A stretch of 29,328 bases of DNA from an uncultured Pirellulales bacterium (GTDB taxonomy: Bacteria; Planctomycetota; Planctomycetia; Pirellulales; S012-138): positions 1 through 29,328 of the forward strand of contig CAYUMU010000083.1 of assembly GCA_964445985.1 (NCBI GenBank). The letters run 5' to 3'. The notes under the pieces were generated by a model. That model ran no database searches. It had not been told where the DNA came from and saw only the letters and a program-made list of their open reading frames with translations. The position numbers and the translations under genes were made by a program. Of this stretch, positions 9,176 through 17,166 are shown in pieces (the first letter of the stretch is position 1; every line of letters starts with the position of its first letter).

Positions 9176-10666
9176 ATGACGAAGATGCGTAAAGTAACGC
9201 TGCTGGTGATGTTCTCGACTGCCTGCCTGGGCTGGGCAGGCGGTGTTGGGCTGCTGGGTGTTGGGCCGCTGGGTGGGGCGTTGCCGGGAACCGGGTTGTG
9301 GGCAGCGGAACCGGATTTATCGGGGTTGGATGTATCGAAACCGGAATCTGACCTGCCAGAATTGGCTCAATCAGCGCCTGTTCAATCAGCGCCTGTTCAA
9401 TCCCGTTCCGTGCCCTCGGATGCGAACCAGCTCAATGCCGAGCAGTTGGCTCGGCAACTTTCGGCTGCCACGGTAACCATTCGCGTGACCGTTCCGCCCG
9501 ACGCGGGCGTGACGGTTTGTTCGGGGGTATCGCTGGGCGATGGGTTCCTGGTGACGTACAGCAACCATCCGGGCAATGCCGAGTATCGATTGACATTGCC
9601 CGATGGCGCTCAGGCCCAGGCCGATGCCCGGGTGATTGATGTCTATTCGGGGCTGACCTTGCTGCAGTTGGCGGCCCAGCCGGCGGTTGAGGGGGGGGCG
9701 GCGAACCGCGAGCCGATCCAAGTCAAGAGTTTGACGCCGTGGGCGGAGCTTCCGGCCGCGGGCGCCACCATTCTCACGGCGGCCGCCGCGGGGCTCGAGC
9801 AACCGGTCGTGTCGCGAGGTATTTTGGGCGGGGCCGAACGCACGTTGAGCGGGACCGGCTTGCCGCCGCTGCTGCAGTGCGATGTGCGGACCACCGACAC
9901 CTCGAGCGGCGCGGCCCTGATTGATGAACGGGGACGGCTGGTGGGTATCGTGGCCGTGACCGCTCGGGAAGGTCGCAGCGGCGGTTGGACCTACGCCGTG
10001 CCTGCCAGCCATGTGCAGCGATTGCTGCGAGCCTATGCCCAAAAGCAAGCCGGCGACAATCGGCTGGTCATCCTGCGCCGCCAGCGCCCGATGCTGGGGC
10101 TCTCCATGGTTGCGGGCGAAGAGTCGGGCAGCGTGATCGTGGAGCGGCTCGAAGCGCAAGGGCCGGCCAAGAAATCGGGCGTGCTCCAGTCGGATGAGAT
10201 TCTGGAGGTCGACGGCCTCAAGGTGCGCAGTGTGTATCAGGTGGTGGCCCTGGTGATGAAAAAGCAGCCGGGCGACCGCATGGAATTCATGATTCGCCGC
10301 GGCGAGCGCACCGAAAAGATCGCCGTTACGCTGGAAGGCGGATCGGTGGTGGAGCCTTCGGAAGTGGTTCGCAATGGCGGCGAGTTGGCGGAGCAAAAGA
10401 TCACCGTGCGTCGCAGTGGCGATCAATACAATATTGATCGGCCCGTGATTCGCCAGTTGAACCAACCGGCCGAGGGGGACGATCCGCTGCCCTCGGCTCC
10501 CGCGCCGGCCGCGAATGCGGCGCAGTTGGCGTTGATTCAAGAGCAAGTCAAGCGGTTCGCCGCGTATATCGAAAAGCTGCGGGTCGATGTGCGCGACCGC
10601 GATGAGGAGTTGATGCAACTCCGCGCCGAGCTCGAAATGCTGCGAAAACAGCTCGAATCGCGATAG
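9176..10666 (+). CDS. Secreted HtrA/DegS-like trypsin-fold serine protease homologue with one PDZ domain and a C-terminal coiled coil.
   Basis: Signal peptide. Protease-fold motifs GDGFLVTYSNHPGN (His), DTSSGAAL (Ser). PDZ segment GLSMVAGEESGSVIVERLEAQGPAKKSGVLQSDEILEVDGLKVRS...GDRMEFMIRRG. C-terminal heptad-like LALIQEQVKRFAAYIEKLRVDVRDRDEELMQLRAELEMLRKQLE. The expected Asp position aligns to Gly (YSGLTLLQL), so the triad may be non-canonical. Confidence 0.6.
   Translation: MTKMRKVTLLVMFSTACLGWAGGVGLLGVGPLGGALPGTGLWAAEPDLSGLDVSKPESDLPELAQSAPVQSAPVQSRSVPSDANQLNAEQLARQLSAATVTIRVTVPPDAGVTVCSGVSLGDGFLVTYSNHPGNAEYRLTLPDGAQAQADARVIDVYSGLTLLQLAAQPAVEGGAANREPIQVKSLTPWAELPAAGATILTAAAAGLEQPVVSRGILGGAERTLSGTGLPPLLQCDVRTTDTSSGAALIDERGRLVGIVAVTAREGRSGGWTYAVPASHVQRLLRAYAQKQAGDNRLVILRRQRPMLGLSMVAGEESGSVIVERLEAQGPAKKSGVLQSDEILEVDGLKVRSVYQVVALVMKKQPGDRMEFMIRRGERTEKIAVTLEGGSVVEPSEVVRNGGELAEQKITVRRSGDQYNIDRPVIRQLNQPAEGDDPLPSAPAPAANAAQLALIQEQVKRFAAYIEKLRVDVRDRDEELMQLRAELEMLRKQLESR
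9367..9399 (+). repeat. Tandem 15-bp repeat tcaatcagcgcctgt (codes SAPVQ SAPVQ) in the protease N-terminal linker.
   Basis: Direct reading. Confidence 0.85.
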
Positions 10667-10669
10667 GTT

Positions 10670-10780
10670 TTCCACAACCTGATCGGCGATCCGGCTTATG
10701 CCGAGCAGGTTGCCAGATACCGCGGGCGGATGGCCGAGTGGATGAAGCAGACGGGTGCCCCCACGCCGACGAGCGAATGA
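10670..10780 (+). pseudogene. 37-codon relic of a sulfatase C-terminus (FHNLIGDPAYAEQVARYRGRMAEWMKQTGAPTPTSE*), 3 nt after and in frame with the stop of the protease gene.
   Basis: The translated motif x-NL-x-DP-x-YA...L...W-x-TGD/A is the characteristic last helix of arylsulfatases. There is no start codon and no upstream sulfatase body. Confidence 0.5.
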
Positions 10781-10832
10781 TGGCGCGGGTTTGCCGCGGC
10801 GTGCCGCTCATCTGGCCGCGGTCGGCGACCTG

Positions 10833-12188
10833 CTAGCGGGTAAACCAGATGAGGAGGGCGACGCCGACCAGCAGCACCGTTCCCACCGCGGCGGCAATGA
10901 GCCATAGTTGCCGCTGGTTCATGTTGTCTTGCTGCTCCAGGGCCTCGGCGACCTGTTCCATGTTGGGGTAGCGATCGGCCGGTTCTTTGGCGACCATTTT
11001 TTGAAACACCTGGTCCAGCCAGGCGGGCACGTCGGGGCGAATTTGCGAGAGGGAGGGGATCGGGCCGGTGCGATGGGCCATGAGTTTGTCGATCATGCCC
11101 TTTCCGGGGTAGGGAATCTGAGCGGTGAGCAGATGGAACATCACGCAGCCCAGGCTGTAGATATCGGCGCGGCCGTCGATGGAGCTGGCGTCGGTGGCCT
11201 GTTCGGGTGCGAGATAGTCGACGGTGCCGATCATTTGTCCGGGGCGAGTCAGGTCTTCGCCGTCGGCCATCGCGCCGTCGTCGTCGAGCTTGGCGAGAAT
11301 GAGGTTGGAAATCTTGATCTGCCCTCGATGGTTGACGATCAGATTTTCGGGTTTGACATTGCGATGATAGATGCCCTGGCCATGCAGATAGGCCAAGCCT
11401 TCGGCCGCGGAGCGGATGAACTCCACGACCGCTTCCACCGGCAACGGGCCGTGCTGTTGAATGATTTGCGCGAGGTCGGCGCCGCCCACGTATTCCATGG
11501 AGAGGAAGTGGATGTCGCCGTCTTCGCCCAGTTCGAACCCGGCCACGAGGTTGCTGTGCGACAGTTTGCGGGTGACTTTGAACTCGCGTTGAAATCGCTT
11601 GAGGACTTCGGTCTTGCTGGCGGCGGCCGGCTTGAGCAATTTGAGGGCGACGATGGCCCCGCTGCCGATGTGCCGCGCCTTGTAGACGGGGCCGGTCGAC
11701 GAACTGGCTGAACGCTCGAGCAGCTGATACTTGCCCACGCGCTTGCCGACGTTGCGGTCGCCCGTGGCGGCAGCGGTTTGGTTGGGGGCAGCGGTTTGGT
11801 TGGGGGCAGGGGGCTGGTTGGGGGCGGGGGCGGCTTTGCCAGCCACGGGCGCGGCGGGCAGGTTGGCCGCGGTTTCGGCTTGGGCCGCTTTGAGCATGGC
11901 TTCGAACGAGGCCTGGGCCGAGCGGAGGGCCGCATCGTAGGCCGCCTTGCGTCGGGCATCGCTCAGCCGGCTGTGGGCGAGCTGCAGTTCTTGCTGCAAA
12001 CGCATGGCCGCTTCGGCCTGGGGGCCGGTGGTATGGGGCCGAACGAGCGCCAGTCTGGATTGGGCGGCGCCGCGAATCACGGCCGGATCGGCCTCGAATC
12101 TTTTCAGGCCAAGCAGCACGTAGAGGTTGGGCGGCTGGTGGACGGGGTCGATGCCCAACCACTGCATGTACGGATCGAAAGGCTCCAT
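10833..12188 (-). CDS. Tail-anchored protein: degenerate J-like domain + protein-kinase-like domain that is a predicted pseudokinase (HRN and SNL in place of HRD and DFG) + C-terminal TM helix.
   Basis: Kinase fold: VALKLLKP (beta3 Lys present), YHRNVKPENLIV, IKISNLILAKL, TVDYLAPEQ. Codons checked on the DNA: cat cgc aat and tcc aac ctc. Gly loop degenerate (RSASSSTG). N-terminus PNLYVLLGL...RPHTTG...KAAYDAAL resembles a J domain lacking HPD. C-terminus LWLIAAAVGTVLLVGVALLIWFTR. ATG 12188 chosen; the ORF is open to 12614 without coding-like content. Confidence 0.7.
   Translation of the reverse strand: MEPFDPYMQWLGIDPVHQPPNLYVLLGLKRFEADPAVIRGAAQSRLALVRPHTTGPQAEAAMRLQQELQLAHSRLSDARRKAAYDAALRSAQASFEAMLKAAQAETAANLPAAPVAGKAAPAPNQPPAPNQTAAPNQTAAATGDRNVGKRVGKYQLLERSASSSTGPVYKARHIGSGAIVALKLLKPAAASKTEVLKRFQREFKVTRKLSHSNLVAGFELGEDGDIHFLSMEYVGGADLAQIIQQHGPLPVEAVVEFIRSAAEGLAYLHGQGIYHRNVKPENLIVNHRGQIKISNLILAKLDDDGAMADGEDLTRPGQMIGTVDYLAPEQATDASSIDGRADIYSLGCVMFHLLTAQIPYPGKGMIDKLMAHRTGPIPSLSQIRPDVPAWLDQVFQKMVAKEPADRYPNMEQVAEALEQQDNMNQRQLWLIAAAVGTVLLVGVALLIWFTR
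11770..11826 (-). repeat. About three tandem 18-bp units (coding APNQTA on the minus strand) in the linker of the pseudokinase gene.
   Basis: gcagcggtttggttgggg repeated; translation gives APNQPPAPNQTAAPNQTAA. Confidence 0.8.
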
Positions 12189-12686
12189 GGCGATACCCCC
12201 AGCCAGATGCATTCCAACAGGTCGGCGAATGCCTTTTATGCGAGGGGCAGAGCGATCGACGGTTGCGGAGGCGCGCCGCTGCAAGTTCGAACATGGTCCA
12301 CCCCCCGGCGGCGTGCCTTGATCGTAACAAGCCTGGCCCTGGTTTGCAGCAGGGAGTTTCGTGAAAGAGAGGAAGTCGTGGGATAGTTGGCGGATCGCGG
12401 GCTGCCCCCTTGCCGTGTGGCGTGTTCTGCATGCTTGCGCCAGTGGGCGTAAGCATGGCGCCCCGTGTGTAGCCGCGACCAGGCATTTCAGCGAATGCCG
12501 GCTGGCCGGCGCTTTACCTTGGCTGGCAACTGCTGTCACAATGGCAGCCAGGCCGGTCAAGCCTGGCGTGACGTGTCGGGAGAAGTCCCCACGGCAACGA
12601 ACGCGAACCGCCAACCGTTAAGCGGGAATCCGTGCCGGCCTCGCCCAACCCAAGACTCCCACCTGCTCCGCCTAGGAGAGCTGTGC

Positions 12687-15002
12687 ATGCGCGCGACCTT
12701 CGCTCTGTTTTTAGCTGCCGGGCTGCTGGCCAACATTCCTGGCCCATTGCCGCGGTGCTCGACACTCAATGCGGCGCCAATGGACGCCATTCCAGATGAA
12801 GGGGCCGTGGAAGCGCCGCCGGTGGAGGCAGCGAGCGTGCCGGGAGCCGGGCTGGACTTGGCCAGCGGGGTTTCTAGCCAGCCGCTTTCCGCGCAGCAAA
12901 TTGCGGCCCGATTTATGAAGTCGGTGGTGGTGATTACTTACACGGGCCGCGATGGGCAGCGGCAGGGGCTCGGCTCGGGTTTCATTGTTTCGCCCGATGG
13001 GCTGATCGCCACCAACCTGCACGTGATCGGCGAAGCGCGACCTATTCAGGTGCAGTTGGCCGATGGCAAACAGTACCAGGCCACGGAGGTGCTGGCTTCG
13101 GACGCGCAGCTTGATCTGGCCGTGGTGCGAATCGAGGCCAAGAACCTGGCGGCGCTGGAGCTGGGAGATTCTGACAAGCTGGCCAAAGGGCAAGACGTGG
13201 TCGCGCTCGGCAACCCTCAAGGCCTACGGCACAGCGTGGTGGCCGGGGTGGTTTCGGGCCGGCGGGAGATTGAAGGCAAGCCCATGATTCAGCTGGCCAT
13301 TCCCATCGAGCCGGGCAACAGCGGCGGGCCGCTGCTCGATTTGCATGGCCGCGTGCATGGGCTGCTGACGATGAAATCGCTGGTGACCGCCAACCTGGGT
13401 TTCGCGGTGGAGGTGAACGCGCTCAAGTCGCTGCTTGCCAAGCCCAACCCGGTTCCTATTGACCGTTGGCTCACCATTGGCACGCTCGACCCGGCCAAGT
13501 GGAGCGAAGCTAGCGGCGGTCGTTGGCGGCAACGGGCTGGTCGCATTCAGGTGGATGGCCTTGGCGATGGTTTCGGCGGGCGAAGCTTTTGTCTTTCCAA
13601 AGACGCGCCACCCGAGCGGCCGTTCGAACTGGCGGTGGAAGTCAAGCTGGATGACGAAGCGGGGGCGGCCGGCCTGGTGTTTGCCGCCGAAGACGAACTG
13701 CACTACGGCTTTTATCCTAGCGGCGGCAAGTTGCGGCTCACCCGCTTTGAAGGGCCCGACGTGCTGAGCTGGACGATTCTTTATGACCAGCGCAGCCCTC
13801 ACTACTTGCCCGGCGAGTGGAACTCGCTCAAGGTTCGCCTGGAGGATGAGCGGATGCTGTGTTACGTGAACGATCACCTGGTGGTGGAGACTCGTGATAA
13901 TCGTCTCAAAGGGCAGCATGTGGGCGTGGCAAAGTTCCGCGAAACCGCCGCCATGTTTCGCCATTTTCAGATAGGCAAGCAGGTCACCTCGCAAGGACCA
14001 TCGAAGGAGCTTGTGGAGCGAGTCAACGCCGCGGTGGCTACGATTCCCGCGCGGGGCGCGGTGGATCACCTGGTTCCCCAACTGAGCCCTATCGAGTCGC
14101 AAACCGCGGTGGCTTTACGGAATCGGGCTTTGGAGCTCGAACGGCAGGCCGCGCAGTTGCGCAAATTGGCGACCGACGTGCATCGGCAAAGCGTGTGCGA
14201 TGAACTGCACGCGACGCTCAGCCGCCCTGATGACCAGGTCGATTTGGCCAAGGCATCGCTGCTGGTTGCCCGGCTCGACAACGACGAAGTGGATGTGGCG
14301 GCCTATCTGCGCGATCTGGATCGGCGGGCTGAAGAAATTCGTCAGGTTCTGCCCAAAGATGCCGACGTGGCCGCGCGGCTGGCCGCGCTGAACAAGTATC
14401 TGTTTCAACAGAACGGTTTCCACGGGAGCCGCAATGATTACTATCACCGCTCGAATAGCTATCTGAACGAAGTTCTCGACGATCGCGAAGGGCTGCCGAT
14501 CACGCTGGCCGTGCTCTACATGGAGCTGGCGCAGCGGTTGGAGGTTCCGATTCAAGGCGTGGGGCTGCCGGGGCATTTTATTGTGAAGCACGCGCCCTCA
14601 AAGGGTAAGCCGCAACTGATTGATGTTTATGAAGGGGGCAAGCTGCTGACCGAGGGCGAAGCCAAGGCTCGCGTGAACGAGTACACCGGCTTGAACTGGA
14701 AAGACAGCTATCTGGATGGGGTTTCCAAGCAAGAGATCGTGGTGCGGATGATCCACAACCTGATGAACCTGGCCCGCGAGAAGCAGGACGCCGAGCAGAT
14801 GCTGGGCTATGTGGATGCCCTGATTGCGGTGCGGTCCAACGCAGAGGAAGAACGCTGGATGCGGGCCGTGCTGCGCTATCAAACGCAGCGTTTGAGCGGC
14901 GCGGCCGAAGACACGGCCTGGCTGCTGGAGCATCCGCTGCACGGGGTGAACGAAGAGCAAGTGCGGCGGCTACAGCGGCTGATTGAGGAGAGCCGGGAAT
15001 AG
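12687..15002 (+). CDS. Secreted tri-domain protein: canonical S1/HtrA-type serine protease + DUF1080 (LamG-like / 3-keto-disaccharide-hydrolase-like) + C-terminal transglutaminase-like/TPR (SirB1-type) domain.
   Basis: Signal peptide MRATFALFLAAGLLANIPG after GGAGAG RBS. Triad motifs ATNLHVI, DLAVVRI, GNSGGPL. DUF1080-like WNSLKVRLEDERMLCYVNDHLV. C-terminal ...NDYYHRSNSYLNEVLDDREGLPITLAVLYMELAQRLEVPIQGVGLPGHFIVKH followed by TPR-like helices. Confidence 0.75.
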   Translation: MRATFALFLAAGLLANIPGPLPRCSTLNAAPMDAIPDEGAVEAPPVEAASVPGAGLDLASGVSSQPLSAQQIAARFMKSVVVITYTGRDGQRQGLGSGFIVSPDGLIATNLHVIGEARPIQVQLADGKQYQATEVLASDAQLDLAVVRIEAKNLAALELGDSDKLAKGQDVVALGNPQGLRHSVVAGVVSGRREIEGKPMIQLAIPIEPGNSGGPLLDLHGRVHGLLTMKSLVTANLGFAVEVNALKSLLAKPNPVPIDRWLTIGTLDPAKWSEASGGRWRQRAGRIQVDGLGDGFGGRSFCLSKDAPPERPFELAVEVKLDDEAGAAGLVFAAEDELHYGFYPSGGKLRLTRFEGPDVLSWTILYDQRSPHYLPGEWNSLKVRLEDERMLCYVNDHLVVETRDNRLKGQHVGVAKFRETAAMFRHFQIGKQVTSQGPSKELVERVNAAVATIPARGAVDHLVPQLSPIESQTAVALRNRALELERQAAQLRKLATDVHRQSVCDELHATLSRPDDQVDLAKASLLVARLDNDEVDVAAYLRDLDRRAEEIRQVLPKDADVAARLAALNKYLFQQNGFHGSRNDYYHRSNSYLNEVLDDREGLPITLAVLYMELAQRLEVPIQGVGLPGHFIVKHAPSKGKPQLIDVYEGGKLLTEGEAKARVNEYTGLNWKDSYLDGVSKQEIVVRMIHNLMNLAREKQDAEQMLGYVDALIAVRSNAEEERWMRAVLRYQTQRLSGAAEDTAWLLEHPLHGVNEEQVRRLQRLIEESRE

Positions 15003-15099
15003 CCGCCCCGTCGCTGTGGGAAAATTCTACTCGCGCAGTTAGAAGTCAGCCATTTGGGCACATGCCGCCGGATTCCGTATTGGAGAGTGTCTGACGGGA

Positions 15100-17166
15100 T
15101 TGAATCAGGGCGGCAAAGCCTTCGATCATTGGAAGGATTTTGTTGGGCAGATGCCCGCTGGGCCTTGGCGAGGACAGGCCCGCGTCGCGATCATCGACTA
15201 TGCTCTAGAAGCCAACTTTGATTTCGCGGCCGCGACCGAGCAAGCGATTGAAGGAGCCGCCACCCTTGCGAAAGCGATTGAAGCCGAGGCTCAAGCGTCC
15301 TGGAACGAGGCGGCCCTGGACATCCACTTTCGCATGGGACTCATTTCGCTGGCGGATAGTCGTTACGACGCCGCCATCCAGGCATTTAACCAAATGGAGA
15401 AGAGCCTTGCTGAATCACCCAAGACAGCCACCACAATCGCGTCGGATCGAGGAACACTGATTGCGGGCCTCGAACGACTCAAGGAGGTTTCCGCGGGGAG
15501 AATCCCGCTATTGCCCGAGGAAGTTGCCCGAGAAGCAGACGCCCAAACCGCGACCGTGCTTTCCTACAGCGTCCTTAACCTGGCGATGCAGCGGTATGAG
15601 AATGCTCAGAGGATTGCGTCCCGAATCGGCGTGAAACTCGGCTCCGGTGCCCGTCGGTCGTTCGCGGCTTTTGTTGAAGCTCGGGCACACATTGGGCTGC
15701 TGACAAGCGGTCAGGCTACATCGATGGCCTCAGATAAGACAAGGGAATCGGAACGGCAAACACAGGTGCTGCGGTTACGGTCGTTGCTTCAGCAAAGTCT
15801 CCGCGACTTTCCGACCGGCTCTTGGCACGACGAAACGTTGAGGGCGTTTGCTCGATTCATCGAATATCGGGCGGAGGAGCGATTTGGCGCTCAGGCAGAA
15901 TCCAAGGACCAGAATCGATCCCCGCAATCTCAGGCTAAGGCCTTGCTGGGAGCGCGAGGCGAGGCTTTGCCCTACTGGCTGCAAATTGTTGAGCGCCATC
16001 CCAAGAGTCCCCGATCAGAAGAGGCCATGTATCGTGCTGGACTTCTGCTGTGCGAGGCGCTTCAGGTGGAGTACGACAATGCTTCAAATCGCCGAGCCGA
16101 AGAGGCCGGTGCCCTCTTCAACCGCTTGATGGACGAGTACCCAAATAGCGTCCACGCAGGCGACATCTTCGTTCATCAGATCGACATTGCGTTGGAGTGG
16201 ACCTTCGAACTGGAAAAAGCCGCGAAACTGGCTCGTCGGGGTGTTCAATGGGCCAGTTCTCAAGATGTCAAAGTCATTGCGAAAGCCGACGGGGGCTTGG
16301 ATCCGGCGGCCGACGCCCTGGCGGCTGATGTCATCAAAGCCTCCAATGCGCGTTTGCCTGCCTGGGCACAGTCAGCCAACCCCGAAGCGAATAGCTTGCT
16401 CGATGACATGTATAATCTTTACCTGAGGGCGGGAATCCTGGCCTACCTCGAGGAAGACTATGAGGAGGCCGCACGCCACTTCGAATCTGCGGGACCGGCC
16501 AGGCCGGTTGAAGGAATGCAAGCCAATTTCGACCTGCAAAAGGTGGGGCTGTTCATCCTCTCCAACTCCATCAAGCGTAAGCAAGTCGCCTGGTACCCGG
16601 AGGCCATAGCCCACGCGAAATCCGACCAACTGAAACTCGCGATCAAACTGGCAGATACCTACCTGCACGCACAGCGTCCTGAAAAGGCACAGGCAATCTA
16701 CGAGCGTCTACTTAGTTCATCCTCTCCTACCGGGCGCCCCGACAAAGCCGTTGAAAGTTATTGTAGTATGCAATTGGCCCTGGCATGTTCTAATCAGGAT
16801 CTCGACTACGACAAGTCGAAAGCCATCTACGATCGCTTTTATCAAAAAGACTATGCGGTGTTCCCCTGGGCGGCGGATGCCATCATGCGATTATCCGTGC
16901 TGGAGTTTAACACGACACAGGATCCCAGGCGATCCATTAGTCACTATCAACACATCTTAAAACTTTATCCGAATCATCCAGATGCCGAGCGTGCGCTCTA
17001 TTTCCTCGTGCTCGATGCTGTAGCGATTGGTGATGAGCGAATGGCTGAATCGGCGAGTAAACTGTTCGAGGAAAGATATCCGCGCAGCGGTTGGAGAAAT
17101 CATGTTCACGAGGTGTTGAGGAACAATGTGCCAAACACTGAAGGGCGAGAAAAGGAGCAAGATTGA
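15100..17166 (+). CDS. Tetratricopeptide-repeat (TPR) protein, no evident signal peptide. Start uncertain: TTG 15100 or ATG 15151.
   Basis: 688-aa ORF with many Ala/Leu-rich helical repeats with W/Y at TPR positions. Its stop overlaps the next gene's start (TGATG). GC content drops through this gene. Confidence 0.6.
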   Translation: MNQGGKAFDHWKDFVGQMPAGPWRGQARVAIIDYALEANFDFAAATEQAIEGAATLAKAIEAEAQASWNEAALDIHFRMGLISLADSRYDAAIQAFNQMEKSLAESPKTATTIASDRGTLIAGLERLKEVSAGRIPLLPEEVAREADAQTATVLSYSVLNLAMQRYENAQRIASRIGVKLGSGARRSFAAFVEARAHIGLLTSGQATSMASDKTRESERQTQVLRLRSLLQQSLRDFPTGSWHDETLRAFARFIEYRAEERFGAQAESKDQNRSPQSQAKALLGARGEALPYWLQIVERHPKSPRSEEAMYRAGLLLCEALQVEYDNASNRRAEEAGALFNRLMDEYPNSVHAGDIFVHQIDIALEWTFELEKAAKLARRGVQWASSQDVKVIAKADGGLDPAADALAADVIKASNARLPAWAQSANPEANSLLDDMYNLYLRAGILAYLEEDYEEAARHFESAGPARPVEGMQANFDLQKVGLFILSNSIKRKQVAWYPEAIAHAKSDQLKLAIKLADTYLHAQRPEKAQAIYERLLSSSSPTGRPDKAVESYCSMQLALACSNQDLDYDKSKAIYDRFYQKDYAVFPWAADAIMRLSVLEFNTTQDPRRSISHYQHILKLYPNHPDAERALYFLVLDAVAIGDERMAESASKLFEERYPRSGWRNHVHEVLRNNVPNTEGREKEQD

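Noticed and set aside
10696-12486. 596-aa minus-strand ORF (Arg/Pro/Gly-rich) overlapping the pseudokinase gene in another frame.
   Set aside because: Extreme R/P/G composition and no motifs. The overlapping frame encodes a recognisable kinase-fold protein.
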